Source: the human T2T-CHM13v2.0 reference genome, Homo sapiens. Taken from it: a DNA stretch of 64,000 nt. Position 1 is the stretch's first letter. Each line of letters begins with the position of its first letter. The stretch lies in the NCBI RefSeq assembly GCF_009914755.1, contig NC_060938.1, one strand, 5' to 3'. The notes under the pieces were generated by a model. That model ran no database searches and was not told the origin of the DNA. It saw nothing but the letters and a program-made list of their open reading frames with translations. This document shows, piece after piece, positions 16,152-34,859 of this stretch. A program made the translations under genes and the position numbers.

Positions 16152-17808
16152 TACATATAATTCTTCTAAGCAAAGGAGAAAACTGCTAATATTACTTCAT
16201 TTCAATTTAAGTTAAAGAATACCTATTTCTTTAAATTACCCATTATTCTAATATTAACACCAGACAACCTTGAACACAGATTTCAAACTACAGTGGTTCT
16301 ATAATTTCTGAAGAACATATTTTGTGCTACTTATAAGTTCATCAAAAGTTAACTGTCAGGAACTTAAGAATACTTTAGACCATATTGTGCTTGCAAATGA
16401 TAATGCACAAAAATGGATGGTCATTTGCATCATTCATGTTGATGCATCTTTTTGAGGAATGCTATTCACAACAGCAAACAAGGAACCAAACAGAAGGAGA
16501 AATGAAGAGGAACCCTCAATTCGTGGCTCTAAGTATTCTTGAGGCTGAGTACACAGCATCTAAAAAAACAAACAGGAAAACTAAAGAAGGAAAGAATAAA
16601 CTTTTTAAAATGAGAGAATGAGTAGACTATAGAAGGCTTCAGTGTGGTGAAGGATTCACAAAAGATTCTGTTTACATATATCATGGAAGACCATTAGTAG
16701 TCTTTCAGTGGTAAGTAGATCCCTGCTTAGCAGTAGTACCTTTAGTAGTCGGCTACATAGTTCCATTTCAGTATGTGATGAAGACAGCACTGTAATTAAT
16801 ATTCTCATTTTAAAGATGAAAAACACTAAAACCTAAAGAGGCTCTTTACCTCTTGCAAAAGTGCTTAGTGACTAAAAGTTCAAAAAGGAAGAGAACTATG
16901 GACCAAGATGCTTCAAAATAGTGGTTTTCAATGTTAATATCCACTAAGACTAGACAAAGAACTTGAATTAGGGAAACGCATGTTATACCCGAAATTATAC
17001 CTCTCAAATCATACTGCAGAGTAGACATAATAGGAAGCTTTGATTGCAAACTCTAGCATTATTTTTAATGATCGTTTATAGTATTTCCTACCCAGTGGTT
17101 CTTTGATATTATACCATTTTCTTTCAAAAGGACTGTCTAATATTTTAAAATGAGATTTTAAAAAAGGGAGATAGAAAACATACCGAGCAGTTAGTGTGAG
17201 CCACTATACTTGGCATTTTGACATGTTTCTATTCAACTTGAGTATGTGTAACAGAAATGTCAGTAATACAACATGCAAAAACTGGAAGGTAAATATATTT
17301 AATTGGACTGCCAATTTCACTCAGTTACTTGAGAGCTGCAAATTTATTAATAGATTTAGATTTCTTTGGTAGGAAGCTCTGTTCTTTTTAATGGGAAACT
17401 CCAACCACTTGTGAACATAAATTAGAGTGATACTGTAAGAAATACTCAATGAGCCTCCATGAAGAAACAGTTATAAGGTATTTCTTAGAACATCCACCAT
17501 TCTTGTAACTTAAGATTTTATGTGCTCCTTGGAAACAAATTCATAATTCCTAACAAAAAATCTTAATCTCCCAGAGTTAGCTAAGAGGCAATTCAGCAAT
17601 GTCTACTAAGTCAAGATGGTTACCATTTATACCAGGTGAACTACAACAATGTTAAACTAATCTATCATCTGTGTACTTTCTAGCAAGGAAAACAAAGAAC
17701 AAAAATAAGATGGTAAATATTATACTTATTTTTAAGACACGAATATCATTCTGTATAAGTATTCAAGTTTTGTCTAAAGGAAGAAAAAATCTTCAAACAA
17801 TTTTGTCA

Positions 17809-18124
17809 GTTTTTTTTTTTTTTTTTTTTTTTAAGAGATGAAGATCTCCTATGTCTCCCAGGCTGAAGTGCAGTGGCTAATCACAAGCACAATGCCACTA
17901 CTGATCGGCACAGTAGTATTAACCTGCTCCCTTTCCAACCTGGGCCAGTTCGCCCCTCCTTAGGCAACCTGGTGGTCCCTGCTCCTGGGAGGTCACCATA
18001 CTGATGCCAAAGAGTACAGACATCCGACTGGCATAGTGCATCACAGCCCAGAACTCCTAAGCTCTAACAATCCTGACTCTGCCTCTCAAGTAGCTTGGAT
18101 TACAGGTGCACCACCATGCCTGGC
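17809..18124 (-). pseudogene. Processed 7SL (RN7SL / SRP RNA) pseudogene
   Basis: Alu-like ends enclose the 7SL S-domain (cccctccttaggcaacctggtggtccc...ggaggtcaccata-tgatgcc on +), which Alu lacks. Poly-A tail at 17809-17832. Confidence 0.93.
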
Positions 18125-18878
18125 CAAGTTTCTGACTTGCCAATCAGCATTCAGCATCAAGAGTATGATTATGGGTAGAAGCAACAAAATCAGATTAGAG
18201 AAAATCCTTCTGGGGGAAGAAAGTGCACTCCAAGAAGGGCACAGATGTGAAAAAACTGCAAAGCATGGAATGGAAATCCTATTCCAAATTCTTTCCTCTG
18301 TTGCTTCTACATAGTTACTACCCTTCTGCCTATAATCACCTAAGTGTTCCTTCTTTTTCTGAAAAGTATAAACTCCCATTCTTTCCTTCTTAACTAGCCA
18401 AGAAATTTGCTTCCACAAGTTTAACTTTTAGTCATTTATACTGTATATACACAGGTAAATCATTCCGAAAATTGGGTGTAAAACACTCCAGTAGTCCATG
18501 CTTCTAGCATCTCTTTCACTCTGTTTTTCCTAGGGCAGTATTCTATTCAAATACTACTTATAAATAAGCCATATATACAAATGCCAGTTGCTATAATGCT
18601 ACCAAAAATAACCTGTCCACACTGCATGCTGACTTCAAGATCAACAGTGCTGCTATCCTCAGCTCCAGGTATCACCATGTAGCCTAAGTCCCCTGCACCC
18701 ACCCGCCATAACACTGTGTCCACTCCTCCCTCTTTTTCACCTGTATCCAGAGCAGGGTCAATGGTGACACTGCAGGACTGCCAAGCCACTGGAATAAAAA
18801 ATACCCCTGCCACACACTGCTGAGGACTAGTGTTTTGGTGTGTGTGTGAGAAATAACAGAAAGTAAATATGTTCTTGA

Positions 18879-19209
<331 letters not shown>

Positions 19210-19395
19210 TAACTTTTAAAATTTTATCCTATAGTTCAGCTTGAGTACAGTTATACCAAGCATTATAGACTTTTGTGAGCAGACACAGGAACATAACTTT
19301 ACAAAAATTAAATACAAATTTAAAACACAGTCTGTTTCTAAATCAAGTTTTAGAAGTATATGCAAAAATTGTGTTGGTAAATTACTGTGAGAGAT

Positions 19396-19427
19396 AGGAT
19401 TAAAGAATTTCAGGATTAAAGAATTTC
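19396..19427. repeat. 16-bp tandem duplication
   Basis: aggattaaagaatttc x2. Confidence 0.9.
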
Positions 19428-20136
19428 AGATTCTCAATTGTCTGAAAAACAAAAGGAAGAAACATGCAAATTTTTTTTGCAAAAATGTCTCTTTTTGTTG
19501 TGATAATTGATTCTTCATTATCTAATTCATAGATAACCACTCACCCTTTGTTGATAGAATATTAACCATTTCCATCCTCTTCAGCAACATTAATTAGAAT
19601 CAACTAGAAAGCAACAGGCTTCCAGACCTCTTGTTTAAGTTTTTAAGCAGTAAAGAAGTATAGTACTTGCTCCCTTTTTGTCAGTCTGGCCCATTTTGGA
19701 AGAATTACAACCTATTTGCTAGTTTCCTTGAGTTTTATAGTTAGCTCACAGAACCACAGAATTCAAAAAGACTATAATCTTCAGGAATCTGTTTCTTTCT
19801 GTAAGAAACCAGGAATTCCATTTAAGTACTATCTCTTCCCCCAAAAAGGAAAGATTATGCTATTTCTTATTAAACATGACTATAGAGTAGAAATAACATA
19901 CAACAGAAAGAATAACTCTCCTCAACCATATCCACCCCCAGAAATACTAAGGTTAACAGTTAGGCACATATTCTTCCAGATTTAAGGAAAATAAAAACGC
20001 ATACAGATATTATGTACTATTTAGAATCAGCATACAAACATACAGCTGTAGGTCAGGTGGTATCAAGGGACAAAGAAAAGAGGAAAATAGGAAAGAAAAT
20101 GCCATCTGCTATCATTCCTTTTTCTGGCACTAGTAG

Positions 20137-20563
<427 letters not shown>

Positions 20564-20893
20564 CAGGTCCTTACTTTTATCAGAAGTACTGTATCACTTA
20601 TTTACAAATTAATCTTCTCCTATGAGAATGTAAGTTTCTTACTTGTATCCCTAATAGCAGAGGCCCGCACACAAAGAAATGAAGATTCTATAAATGTCTG
20701 AAGAACTAATATTTCTAATTAATGATTTTCACACATTATAAACTATGACATCCTTTATTCAAGTCACGTATTACTTAGAAGCCGAATATTATTAAGAGTA
20801 AAATATGGCACACTACTTGGATCGAGCAGCCCAGAGACTCCATTCAGCCCTTCACTCACTCCTCAAACAAATTTGTGCTGTAAATGTACTTAC

Positions 20894-21037
20894 TTCACAG
20901 GGGCTCGTGCGTAAACCTGAAGCCAGTCAGGAATTTCTGCAGTATGATATGGATTTGCAGGTACCAGAAGGGACTGATTTCTTTCAGTTTGCTGTGGCTG
21001 GTATGTGACAGGAGGTGGTTGATCATACCGAGGTACA
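20894..21037 (-). CDS. SAV1: SAV1 exon 4
   Basis: tcttag|T GTA CCT CGG...CCT GTG AA|gtaagt, 144 nt, VPRYDQPPPVTYQPQQ...IPDWLQVYARAPV. Confidence 0.98.
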
Positions 21038-21724
21038 CTAAGAAGAAAGGAGTGACATTCTTTAGGATAAAGGTCTTAAAATCTAAACAAGAAATTATAA
21101 AGAACAAATAATACTTAAGCATTTTTCAGTGTGCCTTCTGTCCAAACTGACTTACACCACCTGAAAGGTAATGTATTTTTAAGATATTTCTTCTGGCTGG
21201 TATTTAGTCTTTTCAAAAACAGGTTCAAAGGAGGATATGAAAAAGCTGGAACTAAGTTTTAACCTTTATACAAAGGCTTAAAACTAGAATAGTAAATTCC
21301 CACAAGAAATAGTCATCAGCTGTAAATTCATATCAGAAAGGTTGACAGTTTCTAAGAAAGGATGTTTCCTTCCTCCCGTAGGCTGAAAATGGGGGTTAGG
21401 ATATGTAGTGACGCAGCAGTGAGTATTGTGTTTGAAATATCTCTATCCAATGCAGATAACTTTTCAACTTTTACCAACTCAAGAGAACATATGGGAGTCA
21501 GAGTTGATCAGAACCTATTTTAAGTCACAGAGATTAAAAAAAAAAAAGACCATACTTTAGTTCTAATAGCCTGTGTATGCTGTGGGGAGTGGAGATATTA
21601 TATGGGAAAGTGTAAGGAAAGCACTGAACCACCTGAAGGTTAATAGCTGAACTCGAAGCGGCCAAAAGGGTCTATTTGAGACCAAAAGGGGTCTGCACCT
21701 TCAAACATAAAGATTTATGTGTAT

Positions 21725-22800
<1,076 letters not shown>

Positions 22801-23014
22801 GGTGTATATATAACAATGGGGAGAAAAAAATGCATGTGTATATTAGAAAAGGTCACTGTTTACTAAACTGGGATTAAAATAAGGTTAGATTATGCTGTGG
22901 TTAACAATTTTAAAAGATCAATATGCAAATGGAACTGAATTCTATCTTCAACTCTTCTTTCCTAAATAGGTTCAAAGGAAAATGTTCTTTGATAGTACAA
23001 CTGGGGGTGAAGAA

Positions 23015-23200
23015 GAATTGGGACTTTGAAGTCAGGTACGCCTGGATTTGAACCACAGCTTTAACACTTACAAACTATGTAAATGTAAGCAAAACTCCTC
23101 CTATCCCTAAGCCTCAGCCTCCATACTTGTAAAAGTGGAATAATAAATTCATACCACAGGTGGTTGTTCTCAGGATTAAATGACCTAATGTAAGTCAAGA
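23015..23200 (+). mobile_element. MIR
   Basis: ggactttgaagtcag...cctggatttgaacc...ctaagcctcag...tgtaaaagtggaataataa core. Confidence 0.7.
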
Positions 23201-23391
23201 ATTTTGTATAAGGATTGGCCTAAGATAGACAACCAGACAACTAGTAATACTACATATGTGAGCTTAAGGGCAGCGTTTATTCTCTCTTGTTCAACTTCTA
23301 CCAAGTTGCTGAGAGAAGTAAATTAACTAATTATGAAATTGCTTTTAAAAAACTATTAAAATTCTGTAATAACATAAGGTTAATGATGATT

Positions 23392-23743
23392 GTATTAGTC
23401 TATTTTCACAATGTTATAAAGAATTACCTGAAACTGGGTAATTTATAAAGAAAAGAGGTTTAATTGACCCACAGTTCCATAATTGGGAGGCCTCAGGAAA
23501 CTTAAATCATGGCAGAAGATGAAGGGGAAGCAAGGCACATCTTACGTGGTGGCAGGAGAGAGAAAGAAGGGGGAACTGCCACACACTTTTAAACTATCAG
23601 ATCTCATGAGAACTCACTACCAGAACAACATGGGGGAAATGGCCCCCATGATTCAATCACTTCCCACCAGGTCCCTCCCTTGATACATGGGGATTACGAT
23701 TTGAGATGAGATTTGGGTGAGGACACAGAGCCAAACCATGTCA
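23392..23743 (-). mobile_element. MaLR solo LTR (MSTA/THE1 type)
   Basis: tgtattagtc...ctgggtaatttataaagaaaagaggtttaattg...ggacacagagccaaaccatgtca. Confidence 0.88.
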
Positions 23744-24189
23744 ACGAACAGAAAAGTAAACTCTCAAATCTGGTTATCTGGACTGCAACAATCATTGCCA
23801 CCTGATGACCACACCACAGGTTTGATTCTTTCAAAGGACAACAACCTCAGTAGTTGAATAAACACTGATTGGGTGCCACTACATGGAATCATGGGAAAAA
23901 ACAGATTTTCAAAGTTGAATTAATAAATCCAAATACATAAAATAATTAAAACAACACAATAATGATAAAGCTTAGTTTTCCAGTTGATAATCCTAAAACA
24001 CATTTTCATAACTATTTTAATGGTTCTAAGAAAATACAAATGTCCACTATAACCAAAAAACTGTATTATGCCAGATGACACTAAGCAACATTTATCAAAA
24101 TGCAGATGATATTTTACTCATTTTTAATCTTGTGGCTCAGCTTTTGAAGCTCAAATGTGGTTAATTTGAAATATTTGCAACTTCATTAC

Positions 24190-24320
24190 TAAACTAATAC
24201 TAGCTTTTATGTACTTTGAAATCCAGTGTGTATTTACACTTACAGCACATCTCAATTTATATTAATCACATTCAAGGGCTCAACAGCCACACGTGACAAC
24301 TGGCTATCAGGCAGCACAGG
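24190..24320. mobile_element. hAT-Charlie fragment (MER3/MER33-like)
   Basis: cacattcaagggctcaacagccacacgtg...tggcta resembles the recalled MER3 end. Confidence 0.5.
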
Positions 24321-24797
24321 GCTAAAAGTCTGGCAACAAAGCAGATCTACCCAGCCCAGTATCAATCAAAACCGCACAAAGAATTACTGGCTATATTTAT
24401 TAAACAGAAATGGGATGTTTTGTTCAGTCCCAATTTTCACTTTCTTGTCTAGTAATAGCAAGAAACAGAACATACAATCATGTCTGAAATAGAATAAACA
24501 GCAAAATGTTATAATTCAATTGTACATTCTGACTTAGGGGGTAGGTCTGTTATTATTTGTAAAAATTTAAGTGTAAGAAGGCAGAAGCTTTAATTATTTA
24601 ATTTTCTGGACACCTATAACAAAAACATTCTGGCATTACTACAGCAGAATCTGATCATAAGAACAATGATCTTGTTTTTGAGGTTTTTTTAAAGAGAAAA
24701 GTATTTTTTTTAACTTATTAAAGTCATTTATTACTAAATGTATGTCCAGAGAAAAATGTAAATTTTGAAATATAAGGCTTTCAAATCTCAAGCTTTA

Positions 24798-25199
<402 letters not shown>

Positions 25200-25423
25200 T
25201 TATTCAATGCAAAAAATGTGCCAGCTAGCAAAGTCACAACATTAACTATCCTGATTGTACTCTTCTATTTAAATTCATGATTATGCCCATTATGATGGTT
25301 TTCATAAAACTAGTCAGTATTACTATTAAGGAATTATAAAAAGGGGGAGGAACTAGACTTTGAAATTAGTAGAGGGTTTTTTGGCTGATGCTTCCATCAA
25401 CAGGCCATACAAACACTTAACAA

Positions 25424-25785
25424 CAGGTTGAGCATCCCTAATCCAAAAATCTGAAATTTGAAATGCTCCAAAATCCAAAACTTCGAGAGCTGACATGTTG
25501 CCACAAGCAGAAAATTCCACACCTGACCTTATGTGATGAGTCATAGTCAAAATTCAGTCAAAACTTTGTTTTATGCACAAAATTATTTAAAATATTATGT
25601 AAAATTACCTTCAGGCTATGTGTAGAAGGTATATATGAAATATAAATGAATTTCATGTTCAGATTTGGGATCTCTTCCCAAGATATCTTATTATGTACAT
25701 ACAAATATTCCAAAATAAAAAAAAAAATCCAAAATCTCAAACACTTCTGGTCCTAAGCATTTTGGGGTAAGGGATAATCAACCTG
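25424..25785. mobile_element. Tigger4 (Zombi/MER46) non-autonomous DNA transposon
   Basis: Inverted termini caggttgagcatccct ... agggataatcaacctg. Confidence 0.85.
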
Positions 25786-26207
25786 TGGCAGTAAAGCTAC
25801 TTAAGTATGTATACTGCCAAAAGAAAAGTGGGAAAAAGAAAATTTCCCCTGATTAAAGATTTGACATTTCAGCTTTAAAAAAAATGCAAAAATGAACTTG
25901 TAAAACCATTCCCGGTTATAAATTCTTAAAAGTAATCTGGCTGTGCCCTAGAATTATTAAGTAAGCTTAAGGTAGCAGGGTTAAGGTCACCATACAAAAA
26001 TTAATATTTATATATTAACAAACAACAACTGGAAACAAAAGTTATTGAGATAATATAATTTATAATAGCTCCAAAGAATTGTGCAGGACCAATATGCTAA
26101 AAACTACAAAACACTGATGAAAGAAATAAAAAACCTATCACATTAACGGATTGGAAGATTCGACATAAAGTTAAGATGTCAATTCTCCTGAAATTATCTT
26201 TATCTTT

Positions 26208-26529
26208 ATAGGAGTCCCCCCCTTATCCATGGGGGATCCATTCCAAGACCTCCCGTAGATGCCTGAAACTGCAGATAGTACCTAACCCTGTGTATGCTGT
26301 GTATTTTCCTATACATACGTATCTATGATGAAGTTTAACTTATAAATTAGGCACAGTAAGGGATTAACAAAAATAAAATTGAACAATTATTATAATAAAA
26401 ACTGGGTGAATGTAATCTCTCTCCCTCTCTCTTGAAAGATCTTGTACCATATTCATCAATTTTCAGACTGCAGTTGCAGAGGTAACTGAAACTGTGGAAA
26501 GCAAAACCATGGATAAAGCGAGACTACTG
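26208..26529. mobile_element. MER44 (Tigger7-derived) element
   Basis: Inverted termini agtccccccttatccatgg ... ccatggataaagcgagactactg. Confidence 0.75.
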
Positions 26530-26548
26530 TCATTCCAATAAAAATTCC

Positions 26549-26851
26549 GGCCGAGCGCAGTGGCTCACGCCTGTAATCCGAGCACTTTGGGAGGCCAAGG
26601 TGAGCGGATCACCTGAGGTCCGGAGTTTGAGACCAGCCTGACCAACATGGTGAAACCCCGTCTCTATTAAAAACACAAAAATTAGCCGGGCGTGGTGGCG
26701 GACGCCTGTAATCCCAGCTACTCGGGAGGCTGAGGCAGGAGAATTGCTTGAACCCGAGAGCAGAGGTTGCAGTGAGCTGAGAACGCGCCATTACACTCCA
26801 TCCTGGGCGACGAGAGTGAAACTCTGTCTCAAAAAAAAAAAAAAAAAAAAA
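26549..26851 (+). mobile_element. AluSx-like
   Basis: Full dimer; TSD aaaaattcc. Confidence 0.93.
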
Positions 26852-27555
26852 ATTCCATGGAGTTTTTGTAGATACAGATAGTTATTAAACAGATTTTAAA
26901 ATGTATACTGAAAGGCAAAAGAGAACTAGAGTAGCCAAAACAATTTTTTTGAAAAAGGGATAAAGTTGAAGGACTCACACTACCTGATTTTTAAGGCTTA
27001 CTATAAAGCTACATTAATCAAGACAGTATGGTATTGTCAGAAGAACAGACAAATAGATAAATGGAACCAAACAGAGAATCCAGAAGAACACCCACACAGA
27101 CATGGTCAACTGATTTTTTTATAAAGGTGAAAGGGCAATAGCGGGGAAAGGTTTTTCCAACAAATGATGTTGCAACAACTGGACATCCATATGCAAAAAA
27201 CCTAATCACAACCTATACCTGCCACCTTACATACAAATTAACTAAAAATAGATCATATATCTAAATTTAAAACTATAACGCTTTTACAAGAAAAAAATAG
27301 AATAAATTTTCATGAGTTTAGTTTAGACAAAGAGTACTTTTTTTTACCATGATGCTGAAAGTTCAACTCATAAAGAAAAAATACTGATTAAATTGAACTC
27401 TGTCAAGATTAAAAACGCTTGTGAAGGACACTAAGAGAAAGAAAATCAAGCTGTAAACAGGGAGAAAATGTTTGCAAATCACATTATTAGCCAAAGAACT
27501 CTGACCTAGAATATACAAAGAATTCTCAAAACTCAACATTAAGAAAACAACCCTG

Positions 27556-27725
27556 AGCCTGCTGCAGTGACACGCACCTGTAGTTCAACCTACTCAGGAA
27601 GCTGAGTAGGAGGGTTACTTGAGCCCAAGATTTCAGGTCTGTAGCACACTATCATCATGCCTGTGAACAGCTACGGCACTCCGGTCTGTGCAACAGAGTG
27701 AAACCCCTTCTCTCAAAACAAAAAC
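27556..27725 (+). mobile_element. FAM (fossil Alu monomer)
   Basis: Monomer with the FAM segment cctgtgaacagctacggcactcc. Confidence 0.65.
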
Positions 27726-28643
27726 AGAAGAAGAAAACAAAACGACCCAGTTAAAAAAAAGGGGGGTAAGAATTTTTAACAGGCACTTCACCGAAGACAA
27801 CATATTGATGGTAAATAGCACGTGAAAAAATGCTCAGGATCATAATTAGCCGTGAGAGAAATGCAAATTAAAACCATAATGAAATGACAATACACGTCTA
27901 TGAAAATGGCCAAAAAACCAAACAAAACCTGACAATGCAAGTGCTTACATGGATACAGAACAATTGGAATGCCCATACACTGCTGGTGTGGATGCAAAAT
28001 GCTACAGTCACTCTGGAGAACAGCTTAGCAATTTCTTATAAAGTTAAACATATGCTTTTCATATGCTACAGCAATCCCATTCCCAAATATTTACCCTAGA
28101 GAAATGAGAAGTCATCTTCACACAAAATCCCATTTGTGGATATTTACAATGACTGTATTCATATTTGCCCCAAAGTGGAAATGACACACATGTCCTTTAA
28201 CAGAATGGATAAACAAACTGTGGTGCAACTGTACAGTGAAATCTACTCAGGAATAAAATGGAACTAATTATTGGTACATGCAAGAATCTCAAAGATGAAT
28301 CTCAGAAGTATCATGCTGAGGGAAAGCAGCCAGTCTCAAGTGGCTACAAATTGTACAGTTCCATTTTTATGAGATTCTTCCAAACACAAAACTACTAGGA
28401 CAGAAAACAGTGATTGCTAGGAACTGGAGGTGAGGGACAGGAGTTGACTATAAGAGGACAACCTAAGGGAATTTTAGAGGGTGTTTGAAATGTTCTGTAT
28501 TCTCATTACACAGGCATTACATGAAATCTATACATATGTTAATACTCAGAACTGTGTAACTTGAAAAAAGTTAAATTTACTATATTTTTTAAAAGAATAA
28601 TCTGGCTGCATAATTTTATTCTCACACAAGAATACTAATAGTT

Positions 28644-29082
<439 letters not shown>

Positions 29083-29179
29083 TCATTACTTGATGAAAGT
29101 TATCTCTTGTATAACTTTCAATATGAAGCCCTACTGATGATCAGACCTCCATTTCTTCTCTGACTTAAGCTGCTATTTT

Positions 29180-29572
29180 TTTTACCCTTAGCTCACTCTG
29201 TTCCAGCTACACTCACCTCCTGGATGCTGTTCTCGAACACGGCAGGTACTGGCTGTTTATTCTCCCTAGAAGATTCTTCCTTCAGATATTCTCCTGGCTC
29301 ACTCTCACCCTCTTCAAGCCTCTTCTCAAATGTTTCAATGAAGCTTATTCTTACTATGGCAGTCTACATCTGCTGAGCTTCTACTTACCGTTTTACTTTT
29401 TTAAAAAGCACTTTAACCTTTTAACTTATGTAATTTTAGTTTGTTTATTTACCTACAAGAATCCCACAAAGAAGATTCTTAGGACAGGAATCTTTGTTTT
29501 GTTCACAGATACATCTCTAGTCTCTAGAACAGTGTCTACAGAATAAAGCACATAGTAAGTGTTAAATAAATA
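29180..29572 (+). mobile_element. L2 3' end
   Basis: gacaggaatctttgttttgttcac...tagaacagtg...cacatagtaagtg-taaataaata. Confidence 0.7.
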
Positions 29573-30583
29573 AGCTGCAGTAATAAAGACAGTGTAGTAT
29601 TAGTGGAGGAGATACACACATCAATGAGACAGAAACTGCATAAATATTTTCCTTGATTTTTGGACTTATTTTGCCTCTTTCACTCCCATATTTTACTAGT
29701 TCTGAAACGAAGGTGTTTTTTATAATCAAGAGAGTAAATCTGTTAGCCACTAGGCAGCAAATACAGATGTATTATCATTGCTGGTGCATGTTCTAACACA
29801 GTCCTAGGAAGACAGTATGTGGTTCATACTATTATTAATCCTCATTATTTGTAACAGTTGCACCCCAGACAAAATTTTAACATAAATTTGAATCCCTGTG
29901 CCTGAAAGGTACAAGGATACAGCATTTAAATGAAAAGTTAGTGTGTTAACAGAAGACTGCCAGTCAACCCAAGGCCCTAACTGCCAAATTTAGAATATCT
30001 CAGAATGGTCAAAATAAGAAAGACTGGGTGACCATTGAGGTGTGAAGGAGTACCATGCCAGAGCAAAACATCTACTAGTCAAAAGTTCCCAGCTGACTTT
30101 GAAGAGCTTTTAAAATTACAGTTGGCTGGAAACTAAGGCAAAATGAAAACATCAAGTTTACCTTTAAAGAAAGGCAAATGAAACAGACCCCAGTGACAAA
30201 AGGTAATTTAGAAGAAACTTTAAAATTAAGGTAAATGCTTCAATTCAAACTCAGATTCTAAAGAAGGATATGTAAGTGTATGGATAAATACGGGTTATTG
30301 GCATGTGGTTTAAGAAACTGTTTTTATTTAAATACAACATACAATGCATATGCATAAGGCTAGTCACTGCAGCAACATCTATAGTTGCAAAAGGCTAGAA
30401 ATCAACCAAATGTCCAATAATAGCAAACTGGATGATTACACTATTACACGCACAGAACAGAGTACTATATTATATAGCTGTAAACATGAATGAAGATGAT
30501 TTCTATTTATTGCCCTGGAATAATATTCGGGATGTATTATGTGAAAAAAGAGTCTGGACAGTACACCACCATATATACATATA

Positions 30584-31402
30584 TGTAGTAGCCAGCCAGT
30601 AAGGTGAACCTGGGCCCCAATTATCCCTGTCCTCCTGGGATTCACACCCTTGTCTGTGTGACCAATAGTTTATGGCAGAAAGGATGGTGTGTGACTTCTG
30701 AGATTAGGATATAAAAGACCGTGCAGCTTCTGCCTTGGTCAAGTGTACTTGCTCTCTCATCACTCACCCTGGGGGAAACCAGATACCATATCATGAGAAG
30801 CCCGTGAGTGAGGAATTGAGGCCTTCAGCCAGAACTGAAGCCTCCTGTTAACAGCCTTGTGAGTGAACTTAGAAGCGGATCTTTTGGCCGGGCGCAGTGG
30901 CTCACACCTGTAATCCCAGCACTTTGGGAGGCCAAGGTGGATGGACCACCTGATGTCAGAAGTTTGAGACCAGCCGGGCCAAGACGACAAAACCCTATCT
31001 CTACTAAAATTACAAATAATTAGCTGGGCGTGGCGGCACATGCCTGTAGTCCCAGCTACTCAGGAGGCTGAGGCAGGAGAACACTTGAACCTGGGAGATG
31101 GAGGATGCAGTGAGCCGAGAGCGCGCCACTGCACTCAAGCCTGAGCAACAGAGAGAGACTCTGTCTCCAAAAAAAAAAAAAGAAAGAAAGAAATGGATCT
31201 CTCAGCCAGAGCGAAGCCTTCGGATAACTGCAGCCCCAGCTGACGTGTGTGAACTCCAACTTCATGAGAGATCCTGAGTCAGAATGACCTGGCTAAGCCG
31301 CTTCCAAAATCCTGAACCACAGAAACTGAGATAATAAATGTTTATTGTTTTATGCCAATGAGTTTGGAAGTAATGTGTTTTACAGCTACAGAAACCTAAC
31401 AC
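30584..31402 (+). mobile_element. MLT1 (F-like) MaLR LTR split by an AluS at 30886-31190
   Basis: MLT1 3' end cctgaaccacagaaactgagataataaatg; Alu TSD agaa(gc/at)ggatct. Confidence 0.8.
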
Positions 31403-31705
31403 AATACATATGAAAGAGAATAATATGAATACATATTTTACATATATATGTAATTTGTATCTATTTTCATAAAGTGTTGCAATGAAATATGTAACAAAAA
31501 TTAATAAAATTGGGTATTTACAGGGGGAGGAAGGAAATGGGGTGGAAGAGGACAGGGGTAGAATTAATTTTCTAAATGCATTCTGTTTTATCATTTTGAT
31601 TTTGCAACCTTTTAAATATCCTATGTAACTTACAACAAAATTAAATCAAAATTTAGAAAAAGCAATCCCTAAAAAGTGAAAACAAAATGAAGTAAACAAA
31701 TCTAA

Positions 31706-32078
<373 letters not shown>

Positions 32079-32873
32079 CAAAGAGAATAAATTGTACTTC
32101 CTCATCGGGAAATATCCTAAATTTAAAAAATAAACTACAAAGAAATCTTCTGTTTTATTCAGTAATCATATTGTCGATGATACTATTTTTAAAGCTAGTT
32201 ATGCTACAGATAAAGCAAATGAATAGTTACATAATTGTCAACAGGAACCAAGATTTTCAGTATGAGAAAAAAATAAAAACCTAAGGCAAAAAGAAGGTAG
32301 TTCAATGTGAATGTACTTACTGCCAACAAACTGTACACTTAAAAATGGTTAAGATGGTAAATGTTGTTATGTGTATTTTATCACAATTAAACATTTTTTT
32401 AAAAAGCTAAAAGTAAAAACTTGGAAATCTTAAACTGCCAACAGTATGAACTCATAATGAATTTCTATTTCCAGAAAGCAACAAAACATATTTCCCAGAT
32501 ATGTCCATTGAAAAGGTCTACAAGCATTAATCCACCAAATAGCAATGAGTACAAGAGTGCAATCCCTGAATACTATTTCCCCATCGAAAGGAACCAGGGA
32601 TCCTTAGAATGGTTGAGTACAGGACTGAGGCAGAAAATGCACAATATGAGCCTGGAACATCTAGTCACATTAGAAAGCAAAGAGAAATAAAAAGGAACCA
32701 ACATTGAAAGGGCTCCTGCCACCAAAGCAGCAGCAATTTAAACATCAAAAGGAATTACCACACCAATAATTAAAACTAAGTATAAAAATCTTAAAATCAA
32801 CCAGCTCATCTTGGAGAAACGGCTTCTGGGTCAGGGAAAATACATGATAATATGGAACATGAGAAAAACATCA

Positions 32874-33281
<408 letters not shown>

Positions 33282-33616
33282 CTAGCATAGATTAAATAAG
33301 ACTAAAGACATACAACAATGAAATGCAATGCAGTACACTCTGGAATGAATCCTAGAACAGAAAATAAACATTAATAAAAAAATGATAAAATCCAAATAAA
33401 GCTTGGCGTTAAAAATCCATGAGTTCATGGTTACTTTTGTAGGTGGCTAGGGTATCAATTCATCATTCTGAAATAGCAAACAAAGGAAAAGATCTAGCAT
33501 TCAACCCTTCTTTCCTATATGAACAGCAACCAAATAATTGATAAAGTCCTTAATTATAATATTCCAACTAATAAAGAAGAAATGACAGAATTCAAGTATC
33601 AAAATTTGCAACACTT

Positions 33617-34859
<1,243 letters not shown>

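Larger units (their letters stand above)
25965..28590 (+). mobile_element. Old L1M ORF2/3' remnant with nested MER44, Alu and FAM
   Basis: aaaactacaaaacactgatgaaagaaat, ctataaagctaca-taatcaagacagt and gaaatgcaaattaaaacca motifs. Confidence 0.82.
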
